Part shown: positions 46,165 through 59,200 of the stretch, in pieces
Layout of the letters: every line of letters starts with the position of its first letter
Numbering within the stretch: position 1 is the stretch's first letter
DNA from: Macrostomum lignano
Lineage: Eukaryota
NCBI GenBank assembly: GCA_002269645.1
Contig: NIVC01000061.1
Coordinates: 62,001 to 126,000 of the forward strand
Length of the DNA: 64,000 nt
Direction: 5' to 3'
Notes under the pieces: model-generated
What the model was told of the DNA's origin: nothing
The model's database searches: none
Seen by the model: only the letters and a program-made list of their open reading frames with translations
Position numbers and translations under genes: made by a program

Positions 46165-47150
46165 TCTATAGATCTAGCTGAGATTAGCTAGATCAGGGTG
46201 GGATTAGCTAGATCAGGGTGGGATTAGCTAGATCAGGATGGAATTAGCTAGATCAGGGTGGGATTAGCTAGATCAGGATGGGATTAGCTAGATCAGGATG
46301 GGATTAGCTAGATCAGGATGGGATTAGCTAGATCAGGGTGGGATTAGCTAGCTCAGGATGGGATTAGCGAGATCAGGATGGGATTAGCTAGATCAGGATG
46401 GAATTAGCTAGATCAGGATGGGATTAGCTAGATCAGGATGGGATTAGCTAGATCAGGATGGGATTAGCGAGATCAGGATGGGATTAGCTAGATCAGGATG
46501 GAATTAGCTAGATCAGGATGGGATTAGCTAGATCAGGATGGGATTAGCGAGATCAGGATGGGATTAGCTAGATCAGGATGGAATTAGCTAGATCAGGATG
46601 GGATTAGCTAGATCAGGATGGGATTAGCGAGATCAGGATGGGATTAGCTAGACCAGGATGGGATTAGCTAGATCAGGGTGGGATTAGCTAGATCAGAGTG
46701 GGATTAGCTAGATCAGGATAAGATTTAGATCAGGATGGGATTAGCTAGATCAGGATAAGATTTAGATCAGGATGCGATTAGCTAGATCAGGATGGGATTA
46801 GCTAGATCAGGATGGAATTAACTAGATCAGGATGCGATTAGCTAGATCAGGATGGGATTAGCTAGATCAGGATGGGATTAACTAGATCAGGATGAGATTA
46901 GCTAGATCAGGGTGAGATTAGCTAGATCAGGGTGAGATTTAGATCAGGATGGGATTAGCTAGATCAGGATGGGATTAGCTAGATCAGGATGGGATTAGCT
47001 AGATCAGGATGAGATTAGCTAGATCAGGATGGGATTAGCTAGATCAGGATGGGATTAGCTAAATCAGGATGAGATTAGCTAGATCAGGATGAGATTAGCT
47101 AGATTATAATGAGATTAACTAGACCATCCTGATATTAGCTAGATAAGAAG
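46165..47150. repeat. 20-bp minisatellite GATTAGCTAGATCAGGATGG
   Basis: About 48 copies, ending ~140 bp before the STK36 ATG. Confidence 0.93.
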
Positions 47151-47169
47151 AAGTTTAGCTGAATCAGGA

Positions 47170-47228
47170 TCGTTTTATCTTTATTTTCATGCCTTTCTAC
47201 TTTTATCAGTAGGCGTTGCGCACGCGCA
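47170..47228 (+). promoter_or_regulatory. Pyrimidine tract + CAG acceptor (47207-47209) and NRF1-consensus TGCGCACGCGCA (47217-47228) upstream of STK36
   Basis: TTTTATCTTTATTTTCATGCCTTTCTACTTTTATCAG, followed by a perfect YGCGCAYGCGCR match 65-76 nt before the ATG. Function untested. Confidence 0.35.
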
Positions 47229-47292
47229 CCCCCGTTCAAAATGAGAATTCAGTGATCACTGCAATTTGCATGCTCTCCCATTGGACGGCGGC

Positions 47293-50200
47293 ATGTCGAG
47301 TCCCTCAGCCGGCCCTGGGGCCGCCAGCGTCGCCACGGTGAACGGCTACCACGTGATGGACTGCATCGGCGAGGGCAGCTTCGGCCGGGTCTTCCGCGGC
47401 CGCAAGAAGTTCAGCAGCGAAGTTGTCGCGCTCAAGTTCATCCCGAAGGGCACCAAGAGCGCCAGGGAACTGCGAAATCTCAAGAAAGAAATCGACATCA
47501 TGCAGGGTCTGAAGCATCAGAACATTGTGCGAATGCTGGACACTTTCGAGACCGAGAAGGAGGTGGTGGCGGTCACCGAGTACGCGCACGGCGAGCTGCT
47601 GCAGATCCTGGAGGATGACATGCAGCTGCCAGAGGAAATTGTGAGCGCTTTCTGTCAGTTAGTCACTCACTCACCGCTGATTCACTCACATTCACTAATT
47701 ACTTTAGTCACTCATACTCACTCGTTAACTCACTCAGTCACCCACTCATTCACCGATTTGTCACTCACTCACTCGCTGACTCACTCATCCATTCACCCAC
47801 TCACTCATTCATGAATTTAGTCACTCAAATACTCAATCACTCACTCACTTACTCACTTACCTACTCATTCACCAGTTTGATCACTCACTCACTCACTCAC
47901 TCACTCAATCACTCACTCACGCACTCACCCCGTCACTCGACCTTATCTCAGGTCCGCAGCATCGCCTGCCAGCTGGTGTCGGCCCTCTATTACCTGCACG
48001 CTCACAGCATCCTGCACCGAGACATGAAGCCGCAAAACATCCTGCTTGGCAATAATGGCGCAGTGAAGCTGTGCGACTTCGGATTCGCCCGCAGCATGGG
48101 CATAAACACGATGGTGCTGACCAGCATCAAGGGCACGCCGCTGTACATGTCGCCCGAGCTCATGGAGGAGAAGCCATACGATCACTCTGCGGACTTGTGG
48201 GCCTTGGGCTGCATTCTTTACGAATTGCTTACCGGAAGCCCGCCGTTCTCTACTAACAACATTATCGAGGTGAGCTTGGCTGGGTTAGTTTGCTAATAAG
48301 CCCTTTGTAGAATCACTAATTAGATGACGAGGGGTATTGTGTTGTAGAAGCGTGCATAGTTACTCCTGCCGTTTACTTCTATTCGGTTTATTTAACATCA
48401 TAACTAATTAGATGACGAAGAGTTGTACGTTGTAGAAGCGTGCATGGTTACTCCGGCTGTTTACTTTTTTTGTGGATTGCCATTAAATTGTCACTGAAGT
48501 TGAATAAACAGATTTCTAAATTTTCTTTCATTCCTCTTTCAGCTTGTTCGCAAGGTGGTCAACGAATCCATCCACTGGCCATCCACCATGTCTGCGGGCT
48601 GTCGGAGCTTCTTGCAGGGCCTGCTGCAGAAAGATCCGCGAAAGCGGCTGAACTGGCCGGAGCTGCTCAGGCACGAATGGGTGGTCGACGGCATCGATGT
48701 GGACGATGCCACCATCCAGATGCGCAGCAAGTTCACCCAGCCGTTGAGCGCTTCGCAGAATATCGAACGGGAGAAACAGATCAAGCTGAAGAGTCAGAAC
48801 TCTGGAGGTATGAGGCTTTGTCGGGGCAAATTTCATCGCTTCATATTTGTGTGCTGCTCCCCATCCTTTTGTGTGTGCATCCGGCACTGTATCAGTGAAT
48901 CTCAACCCTCTATGCTCACTCTATGGTTTATCTCTCTCCTATGCCAGATCCGCTGCCTTCTCTGCCACATCTGCTCCCCCCCTATCATATCCGCTCCCTC
49001 CCCTGTCAGACCCGCTCCCTCCCCTGCCAGACCCGCTCCCTCCCCTGTCAGACCCGCTCCCTCCCCTGCCAGACCCGCTCCCTCCCCCGCCAGACCCGCT
49101 CCCTCCCCTGTCAGACCCGCTCCCTCCCCTGCCAGACCCGCTCCCTCCCCTGTCAGACCCGCTCCCTCCCCTGTCAGACCCGCTCCCTCCCCTGCCAGAC
49201 CCGCTCCCTCCTCTGCCAGACCCACTCCCTACCCTGCCAGACCCGCTCCCTACCCTGCCAGACCCACTCCCTACCCTGCCAGACCCGCTCCCTCCCCTGC
49301 CAGACCCACTCCCTACCCTGCCAGACCCACTCCCTACCCTGCCCGACCCACTCCCTACCCTGCCAGACCCGCTCCCTCCCCTGCCAGACCCGCTCCCTCC
49401 CCCGCCAGACTCGCTCCCTACCCTGTCAGACCCACTCCCTCCCCTGTAAGACCCGCTCCCTCCCCTGTCAGACCCGCTCCCTCCCCTGTCAGACCCGCTC
49501 CCTCCCCTGTCAGACCCGCTCCCTCCCCTGCCAGACCCGCTCCCTCCTCTGCCAGACCCACTCCTTACCCTGCCAGACCCGCTCCCTACCCTGCCAGACC
49601 CACTCCCTACCCTGCCAGACCCGCTCCCTCCCCTGCCAGACCCACTCCCTACCCTGCCAGACCCACTCCCTACCCTGCCAGACCCGCTCCCTCCCCTGCC
49701 AGACCCACTCCCTACCCTGCCAGACCCGCTCCCTACCCTGCCAGACCCACTCCCTACCCTGCCAGACCCACTCCCTACCCTGCCAGACCCGCTCCCTACC
49801 CTGCCAGACCCACTCCCTACCCTGCCAGACCCACTCCCTACCCTGCCAGACCCACTCCCTACCCTGCCAGACCCGCTCCCTACCCTGCCAGACCCGTTCT
49901 CTTCCCATTTACCGCATCCGCCCTCTGCCCTTCTTTAACCACTTCCGCGATCTCGCATCCACCCCTCACTGCGTTCGCTTTATCCCCTATTGCCTATCTG
50001 TTATCTCATCGCTCCTATCTCCCAGCCCTCTAAACTGTCCCACACCCGCAGGCCAGAGCAAGATTCTGTCCCGAGCTCGCCAGAAAGCGCAGCAGGAGAA
50101 AGACGAGGCAAAGCGCCGGCAGGCCATCGCCCAGCAGGAGCAGGCCAGGAAGCAGCAGAAGCAGCCGCCGCACAGCGCCAGCGGAAAGCCGTCGGCGGAG

Positions 50201-53200
50201 CAGCCGGCTCCCCTGCAGCAGCGTCGATCGTCCTCCAGCCAGCGGCCATCCAGTGGCGGCGGCAGCGGCGGCGGCGGCAGGTCGCAGTCGGGCGTTCGTC
50301 ACCCGAGTCCGAAGCAGCTGCACAACCTGTCACCATCAGCGGCCGCAGCCGATGACGGCTGGGGTGGTGCGGACGCGGCGGACTCGCGGCCGACGCCCCG
50401 GGCGGACCGGATCGATTCGGACTATGACAAAGGCTTCCCGGAGGTGGAGATCGGCGAGCGCCGGGTGCTGAGCTCGTCTAAACGGAGCCTGACGGCCGGG
50501 CAGAAGCAGCAGCCGCAGCAGCAGCCCAACATCGAGACTGTGCAAATCGAGGTTCGTGCTGGCTTTTCATTCATCATCTCCTAAAAATATGATTTTTTTA
50601 AAACTTCCGTCGTCCTAATTCTCCTTAGCAACCAACGTACAGGATTCATAGTTCTTAGCAACCAACCTACAGGATTCATAATTCGCCTTAGCAACCAACC
50701 TACAAGATTCATTTAATTCTCCTTAGCAACCAACGTACAGGATTTATAGTTCTCCTTAGCAACCAACCTATACAGGATTCATTATTCGCCTTAGCAACCA
50801 ACCTACAATATAAAAAAAATTCTCCTTAGCAACTAACCTACAAGATTCATAGTTCTCCTTAGCAACCAACCTGCAAGATTCATAGTTCTCCTTAGCAACC
50901 AATCTACACTATTTACGATTCGCAACCAACCTACAGGATTCATAATTCCCATTAGCAAACAATATGCTTTATAATTACCCTTGGCAACCAACTTGAAAAA
51001 AATGTGCAAAATTATCCCTAGCAACCAATATGCTAAGAAATTGACCTTAGCAACAAACACGATTCAGAACTTTTCCTAGCAAACAAAGCTAATTAATTAT
51101 TAATCAGGACGCAGTCGATTCGGACGACGAATGGGCTGCCCTGGTTGACGACACCGCCGCCGCGGCTGACAAAGACCAGGGCCGGCGCTTCCTTAACGAC
51201 AAGACGTTTCTTAGAAAGCTGATCGAGCGCTGGGACAAGTGCGTGCAGCTGATGGCCGAGGGCATGCTGGATGGAGCTTCAAAGATGCGACCGCTGCTCA
51301 AGACTCTTAATAATCTGCTGCTGGAGAGGCGGTGAGTAACTGAAATTGAAAGAAAGAATAACCCAGACACAGGCAATTGACAGGTGAATACAATTTTTCC
51401 AGGGACTTGGCTTCGCTGTTCAACTTTCTGAGCGCTTCATCTTTGCACACAAAGCTAACCGGCACCCTGAGCGACCTGCTCAGCCACAATAAAGTCCGAG
51501 TGCAGCCCTGGTACCAGCAAATCCTGCTGGACTTTGTGCTCACAATTAATGCCTACTTTGCATCCGAACTGGGCAGCCAGCTGGTGGATTCCGGAGGCGG
51601 CGGCAGGGACCCGGAAAAGGAGAAAATGTGAGATTTCTAATTTCAGTATTGTTCGGTATTGATCAGTGACAGAATCTGCCTGTTGCTCTCTCATTGGTCA
51701 GTGACAGAATTTGCCTATTGCTCTCTGATTGGTCAGTGACAGAATTTGCCTATTGCTCTCTAATTGGTCAGTGACAGAATCTGCCCGTTGCTCTCTCATT
51801 GGTCAGTGACAGAATCTGCCTGTTGCTCTCTGATTGGTCAGTGACAGAATCTGCATGTTGCTCTCTGATTGGTCAGTGACAGAATCTGCCTGTTGCTCTC
51901 TGATTGGTCAGTGACAGAATCTGCATGTTGCTTTCTGATTGGTCAGTGACAGAATCTGCCTGTTGCTCTCTGATTGGTCAGTGACAAAATCTGCCTGTTG
52001 CTCTCTGATTGGTCAGTGACAAAATCTGCCTGTTGCTCTCTGATTGGTCAGTGACAGAATCTGCCTGTTGCTCTCTGATTGGTCAGTGACAAAATCTGCC
52101 TGTTGCTCTCTGATTGGTCAGTGACAGAATCTGCCTGTTGCTCTCTGATTGGTCAGTGACAGAATCTGCATGTTTCTCTCTGATTGGTCAGTGACAGAAT
52201 CTGCCTGTTGCTCTCTGATTGGTCAGTGACAAAATCTGCCTGTTGCTTTCTGATTGGTCAGTGACAGAATCTGCCTGTTGCTTTCTGATTGGTCAGTGAC
52301 AGAATCCGTGTTAGGTACTTGAAGTATGCAGAATAATAAATGTTATTTCAGCATCTCCCAGTTCAACACGATCGGCCAGAAATTTGTCGACCTGCTGCCC
52401 AAGCTGCTCAATCAGCAGTGCGACGAGGACTTGAAGCTGAGAGAGCAAACTTGCCTGGTAGGCTGGTTGGTGTTTAGGCTCTGTTGTTGCAGTTAATAGA
52501 CAGTAAAAGGGGCCATTGTACAGTAGCCAGTCATGCAGCTTGGCCCTCACGGCTTACACAGCCTGACCTCAAAGCGCCTTTCCTCTGCAGTGCCTGCAGT
52601 GCCTGTGCAGCCGAGTGGACTCCGAGCCAACCCGCCAAGCCGACCAATTCTATTCGTCCGTGGCCTCCGACTACTGTCTGAGTCTGGACGCCCTGCTGCG
52701 GTATCTGCTAGTGCTGCGGGACCAGCGAATTCTCGACGCCATTGCTGGTCTGTTTTGTGGCGCGTGACCTGTTTTTGTTGTTTCATTGATTGGGGGATAA
52801 TGTAAGGGTGAATAATTAGAAAGGGAGAGTTGAAATGATGCTGGATTTCAAGCGGGTAAAGGAGAGAGTGACAATGGGAGGGTCATGGAGGATAGAGTGA
52901 CAAGGGAGAGGACGGTAAAAGAGTGACAAGGGAGAGGACGGTAAAAGAGTGACAAGGGAGAGGACGGTAAAAGAGTGACAAGGGAGAGGACGGTAAAGGA
53001 GACAGGGACAAGGGAGTGAGTGACAGAGGAGATAGTGACAAGGGAGAGGGCGATAGAGGAGAGAGTGACAAGGGAGAGGACGTATAAGAGATAGTGACAA
53101 GGGAGAGGACGGTAAACGAGACAGGGAAAGGGAGTGGGTGACAGAGAAGAGAGTGACAAGGGAGAGGGTGATAAAGGAGAGAGTGACAAGGGAGAGGGTG

Positions 53201-56200
53201 ATAAAGGAGGGCCAGTGACAAGGGAGAGGGTGATAAAGGAGGGCCAGTGACAAGGGAGAGGGTGATAAAGGAGAGAGTGACAAGGGAGAGGGTGATAAAG
53301 GAGAGAGTGACAAGGGAGAGAGTGATAAAGGAGAGAGTGACAAGGGAGAGGGTGATAAAGGAGGGCCAGTGACAAGGGAGAGGGTGATAAAGGAGGGCCA
53401 GTGACAAGGGAGAGGGTGATAAAGGAGAGAGTGACAAGGGAGAGGGTGATAAAGGAGGGCCAGTGACAAGGGAGAGGGTGATAAAGGAGGGCCAGTGACA
53501 AGGGAGAGGGTGATAAAGGAGAGAGTGACAAGGGAGAGGGTGATAAAGGAGAGAGTGACAAGGGAGAGGCTGATAAAGGAGAGAGTGACAAGGGAGAGGC
53601 TGATAAAGGAGAGAGTGACAAGGGAGCGGGTGATAAAGGAGAGGACAAGAAAGGAGAGTTACAAGTAGGGCACTAATGAGGGTGACAAGTCACGGCTATG
53701 AAACATGACGTGAGGCATAAGAGGCGCTGATAATTAGTTACCGGTGAGTAGGCACAACCAACAGATTTTCCCATCAATTAAAACGCCTCTCCCCCCAGCC
53801 CTGAAAAGCCAATCCGAGCAGCGGGAATTCCGCGACCGCCTGACCGAAATCGTTGGCCAAGCCGTGGTCTGTCTGGCCGCCATGAGCCACAGCCCGCCCA
53901 CGCCGGACAGTGCCGGCCAGCAGGGCCGCCAGAAGGTGGCCTACTACATTGGCGAGCGGCTGTGCGAGCGCCGGCTTGAACAGGCGGCAGAAATTTTCAT
54001 CACGTATCTAAGGGATCGGCGATTCTGCGTTTGCTGCCTGCGGCTGCTGTTCACCGCCATGCAGACCTCGCTGAACTTCTGCCGTCTGCTGGCCGCCAGG
54101 CCCCACTGTGTGGACACTCTGGTGGCCGCCTCCTTGGGCAAGGTAAGCATTACACAGCTTGGATAAATTTAGGTCCACAAAAATAGAATTTAAGCCTATA
54201 AGTAGCTAGTTTTAATCCTCATTTTGTTGGGTCTCAAAATCTCATGAGATCCTCATTTGTAGGGTCTCAAAATCTCATATGAAAGGCTCATTTTGTTGGG
54301 TCTCAAAATCTCATATGAGATCCTCATTTGTAGAATCTCAAAATCTCATATGAGATCCTCATTTTTGGGGTCTCGAAATCTCATATGAGATCCTCATTTT
54401 GTAGGGTCTCAAAATCTCATATAAAATGCTCATTTTGTAGGGTCTCAAAAATCTCACATCAGATCCTCATTTTTTAGGGTCTCAAAATTTCATACGAGAT
54501 GCTCATTTTGTAGGGTCTCAAAATCCCATATGAGATCCTTATTTTGTAGGGTCTCAAAATCTCACATCAGATCCTCATTTGTAGGGTCTCAATATCTCAC
54601 ATCAGATCCTCATTTGTAGGGTCTCAAAAGTTCATACGAGATGCTCATTTTGTAGGGTCTCAAAATCACATATGAGATCCTTATTTTGTAGGGTCTCAAA
54701 ATCTCATATGAGATCCTCATTTTTAGGGTCTGAAAATCTCAGGAGATCCTCATTTCTAGGGTCTCAAAATCCTGAGATCCTAATCTGTTTGGCGCCGAAA
54801 TCTCTCACACTGTCATTCTCTGAGTTGGCTCCCGCCATCCCCTCCCAGGTATTAAGTTGCTGGGCCACACCCTCAGATGCTTAAGAATTTCAAGCCTTAG
54901 TTAAGTTCCAGATGCTGCCCGCATTATTGTACTTGCAGATGGAGCTGGATGACCAGGAGGCTGGCGTGGCAGCCGAGATGGCTACGCACTGCGTCAGCAT
55001 TCTGCTGATTCAACTGCAGGACATTCCGCAAAGGTTAGCATTGAAGCACACGTAGACAGCCGTCCTTTTTTGCCTGGCTCTGGATTAGGGTTGCTTTGAT
55101 AAGATTGTGAAGAATATAGTTCTCTGTTCTCAATTTAAATTATCCCTTTCCCATGCCAGCAGAAAGGATCCCGTACCATCTCAAAGACCCTATACCATCT
55201 CAAAGGACTCCATATCACCTTGAAGGGGCCCATACCGTCCCAAAGACCTCATACCGCACCAAAGACCCCATACCATCCCGAAGGACCCCATACCGTCCCA
55301 AAGACCCCATACCATCCCGAAGGACCCCATACCGTCCCAAAGACCCCATACCATCCCGAAAGACCCCATACCGTCCCAAAGACCTCATACCGCACCAAAG
55401 ACCCCACACCATCCCGAAGGACCCCATACCGTCCCAAAGACCCCATACCATCCCGAAGGACCCCATACCGTCCCAAAGACCCCATACCATCCCGAAGGAC
55501 CCCATACCGTCCCAAAGACCCCATACCATCCCGAAAGACCCCATACCGTCCCAAAGACCTCATACGGCACCAAAGACCCCACACCATCCCGAAGGACCCC
55601 ATACCGTCCCAAAGACCCCATACCATCCCGAAGGACCCCATACCATCCCGAAGGACCCCATACCGGCCCAAAGACCCCATACCATCCCGAAGGACCCCAT
55701 ACCGTCCCAAAGACCCCATACCATCCCGAAGGACCCCATACCGTTCCAAAGACCCCATACCATCCCGAAGGACCCCATACCGTCCCAAAGACCCCATACC
55801 ATCCCGAAAGACCCAATACCGTCCCAAAGACCTCATACCGCACCAAAGACCCCACACCATCCCGAAGGACCCCATACCGTCCCAAAGACCCCATACCGTC
55901 CCAAAGACCCCATACCATCCCGAAGGACCCCATACCGTTCCAAAGACCCCATACCATCCCGAAGGACCCCATACCGTCCCAAAGACCCCATACCATCCCG
56001 AAAGACCCAATACCGTCCCAAAGACCTCATACCGCACCAAAGACCCCACACCATCCCGAAGGACCCCATACCGTCCCAAAGACCCCATACCGTCCCAAAG
56101 ACCCCATACCATCCCGAAGGACCCCATACCATCCCGAAGGACCCCATACCGTCCCAAAGACCCCATACCATCCCGAAAGACCCAATACCGTCCCAAAGAC

Positions 56201-59200
56201 CTCATACCGCACCAAAGACCCCACACCATCCCGAAGGACCCCATACCGTCCCAAAGACCCCATACCGTCCCAAAGACCCCATACCATCCCGAAGGACCCC
56301 ATACCATCCCGAAGACCTCATCACAAAGTCCCCATACCATCTTGAAAGACCCCATATCATCCTGAAGGACCCCATACCATCCTGATGGACCCCATGTCAT
56401 CCCAAAACCCCATACCATCCCAAAAAACCCCACAAAATCCCTAATGACCCATAAAATGAAATCCCATTTAATCCTGCATCAAGCGCCATGGAAATCCCCG
56501 CTCCTCCCTCAGCCTGGAGCCGCACTCGCAGAGTCTCTGCCAGGCCTTCGCCGACTCCCAGCCGGCTTCGCAGTCCGCGGCCGCTGGCCTTCTTCTCAGC
56601 CAGCTCGCCCAGCGCGGCCCGGCCCAGCGCCTGCCGCCGACCGACGTTCTGGCCAGGTGCGTCGCCGACGCTTTTGCCGAGTTCGACGAGCGCGCCTGCG
56701 CTGCCCGGACGCCGTTCGCCTTCGGCGCCTTGGACGGCTGCCTGACGGCCTGCCGACTGGCGCTCACCCAGCAGGACGGCGCCGCCGACGAGGCCGACTT
56801 GGCCCGCCAGTTCCTTGGCTCGCCGCTGCTTCCGGCCGTGTGGCGCCGCCTGTCGGCCCTGATGACCGCCCAGACGCCGCAGCGGGCGGCGGATGAGGCC
56901 GAGGACTCTTCGGCCTGCTGGCCGGCCCTGTGGCAGGCGGTGTCGCCGCAGGGCCTGCAGTCGCTGCTGCACTTCTCGCTCAGCGTGTTCGGCCGCGAGC
57001 AGTTCGCCGCTGTACAGCTGATGGCTGAGCCCGGCGAGCCCATGCTGGCCTGCCTGTGCCGACTGCTGTCCCAGCAGTGCCTGGACGCTGTGCAGCTCAG
57101 GTGAGCAGTCGGGAAGTGGCTCACCTTACCTATTGCTTTCATTCAGAGTAGGTTACGTCATAGATTCCTTAAAATCCAATTAGTAGGATTTCATAGAAGT
57201 TAACCGATTGCAATGCCTTTAGGCAGATGTGTCCATCTAGATGGACAGTTGTACCTTCAATTCCAGGCTCACATTTTTTCACTTTGACGGCAGGCCTTTC
57301 ATTCTAAAAAATTTAATTTGATCTTTTTAAAAGATTTTTTCATCCTAAGACCAACCATTCCATCCTAAGACCAACCACTCCATCCTAAGACCAACCATTC
57401 CATCCTAAGACCAACCACTCCATCCTAAGACCAATCATTCCATCCTAAGACCAACCACTCCATCCTAAGACCAACCTTTTCTTCCTAAGACCAACCACTC
57501 CATCCTAAGACCAACCACTCCATCCTAAGACCAACCTTTTCTTCCTAAGACCAACCACTCCATCCTAAGACCAATCATTCCATCCTAAGACCAACCATTC
57601 CATCCTAAGACCAACCATTCCATCCTAAGACCAATCATTCCATCCTAAGACCAACCATTCCATCCTAAGACCAATCATTCCATCCTAAGACCAACCATTC
57701 CATCCTAAGACCAACCACTCCATCCTAAGACCAACCACTCCATCCTAAGACCAACCTTTTCTTCCTAAGACCAACCACTCCATCCTAAGACCAACCTTTT
57801 CTTCCTTAGACCAACCACTCCATCCTAAGACCAACCACTCCATCCTAAGACCAATCATTCCATCCTAAGACCAATCATTCCATCCTAAGACCAACCATTC
57901 CATCCTAAGACCAACCATTCCATCCTAAGACCAACCACTCCATCCTAAGACCAACCACTCCATCCTAAGACCAACCTTTTCTTCCTAAGACCAACCACTC
58001 CATCCTAAGACCAACCTTTTCTTCCTTAGACCAACCACTCCATCCTAAGACCAACCACTCCATCCTAAGACCAATCATTCCATCCTAAGACCAATCATTC
58101 CATCCTAAGACCAATCATTCCATCCTAAGACCAATCATTCCATCCTAAGACCAATCATTCCATCCTAAGACCAACCATTCCATCCTAAGACCAACCATTC
58201 CATCCTAAGACCAATCATTCCATCCTAAGACCAATCATTCCATCCTAAGACCAACCATTCCATCCTAAGACCAACCATTCCATCCTAAGACCAACCATTC
58301 CATCCTAAGACCAATCATTCCATCCTAAGACCAACCATTCCATCCTATGACCAACCACTCCATCCTAAGACCAACCACTCCATCCTAAGACCAACCACTC
58401 CATCCTAAGACCAACCTTTTCTTCCTAAGACCAACCACTCCATCCTAAGACCAACCACTCCATCCTAAGACCAACCTTTTCTTCCTAAGACCAACCACTC
58501 CATCCTAAGACCAATCATTCCATCCTAAGACCAACCATTCCATCCTAAGACCAACCATTCCATCCTAAGACCAATCATTCCATCCTAAGACCAACCATTC
58601 CATCCTAAGACCAATCATTCCATCCTAAGACCAACCATTCCATCCTAAGACCAACCACTCCATCCTAAGACCAACCACTCCATCCTAAGACCAACCTTTT
58701 CTTCCTAAGACCAACCACTCCATCCTAAGACCAACCTTTTCTTCCTTAGACCAACCACTCCATCCTAAGACCAACCACTCCATCCTAAGACCAATCATTC
58801 CATCCTAAGACCAATCATTCCATCCTAAGACCAACCATTCCATCCTAAGACCAACCATTCCATCCTAAGACCAACCACTCCATCCTAAGACCAACCACTC
58901 CATCCTAAGACCAACCTTTTCTTCCTAAGACCAACCACTCCATCCTAAGACCAACCTTTTCTTCCTTAGACCAACCACTCCATCCTAAGACCAACCACTC
59001 CATCCTAAGACCAATCATTCCATCCTAAGACCAATCATTCCATCCTAAGACCAATCATTCCATCCTAAGACCAACCATTCCATCCTAAGACCAACCATTC
59101 CATCCTAAGACCAATCATTCCATCCTAAGACCAATCATTCCATCCTAAGACCAACCATTCCATCCTAAGACCAACCATTCCATCCTAAGACCAACCATTC

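Noticed and set aside
54848-54884. Acceptor at 54848 for STK36 exon 10
   Set aside because: It gives an in-frame TAA after 11 codons; 54911 or 54938 fit.
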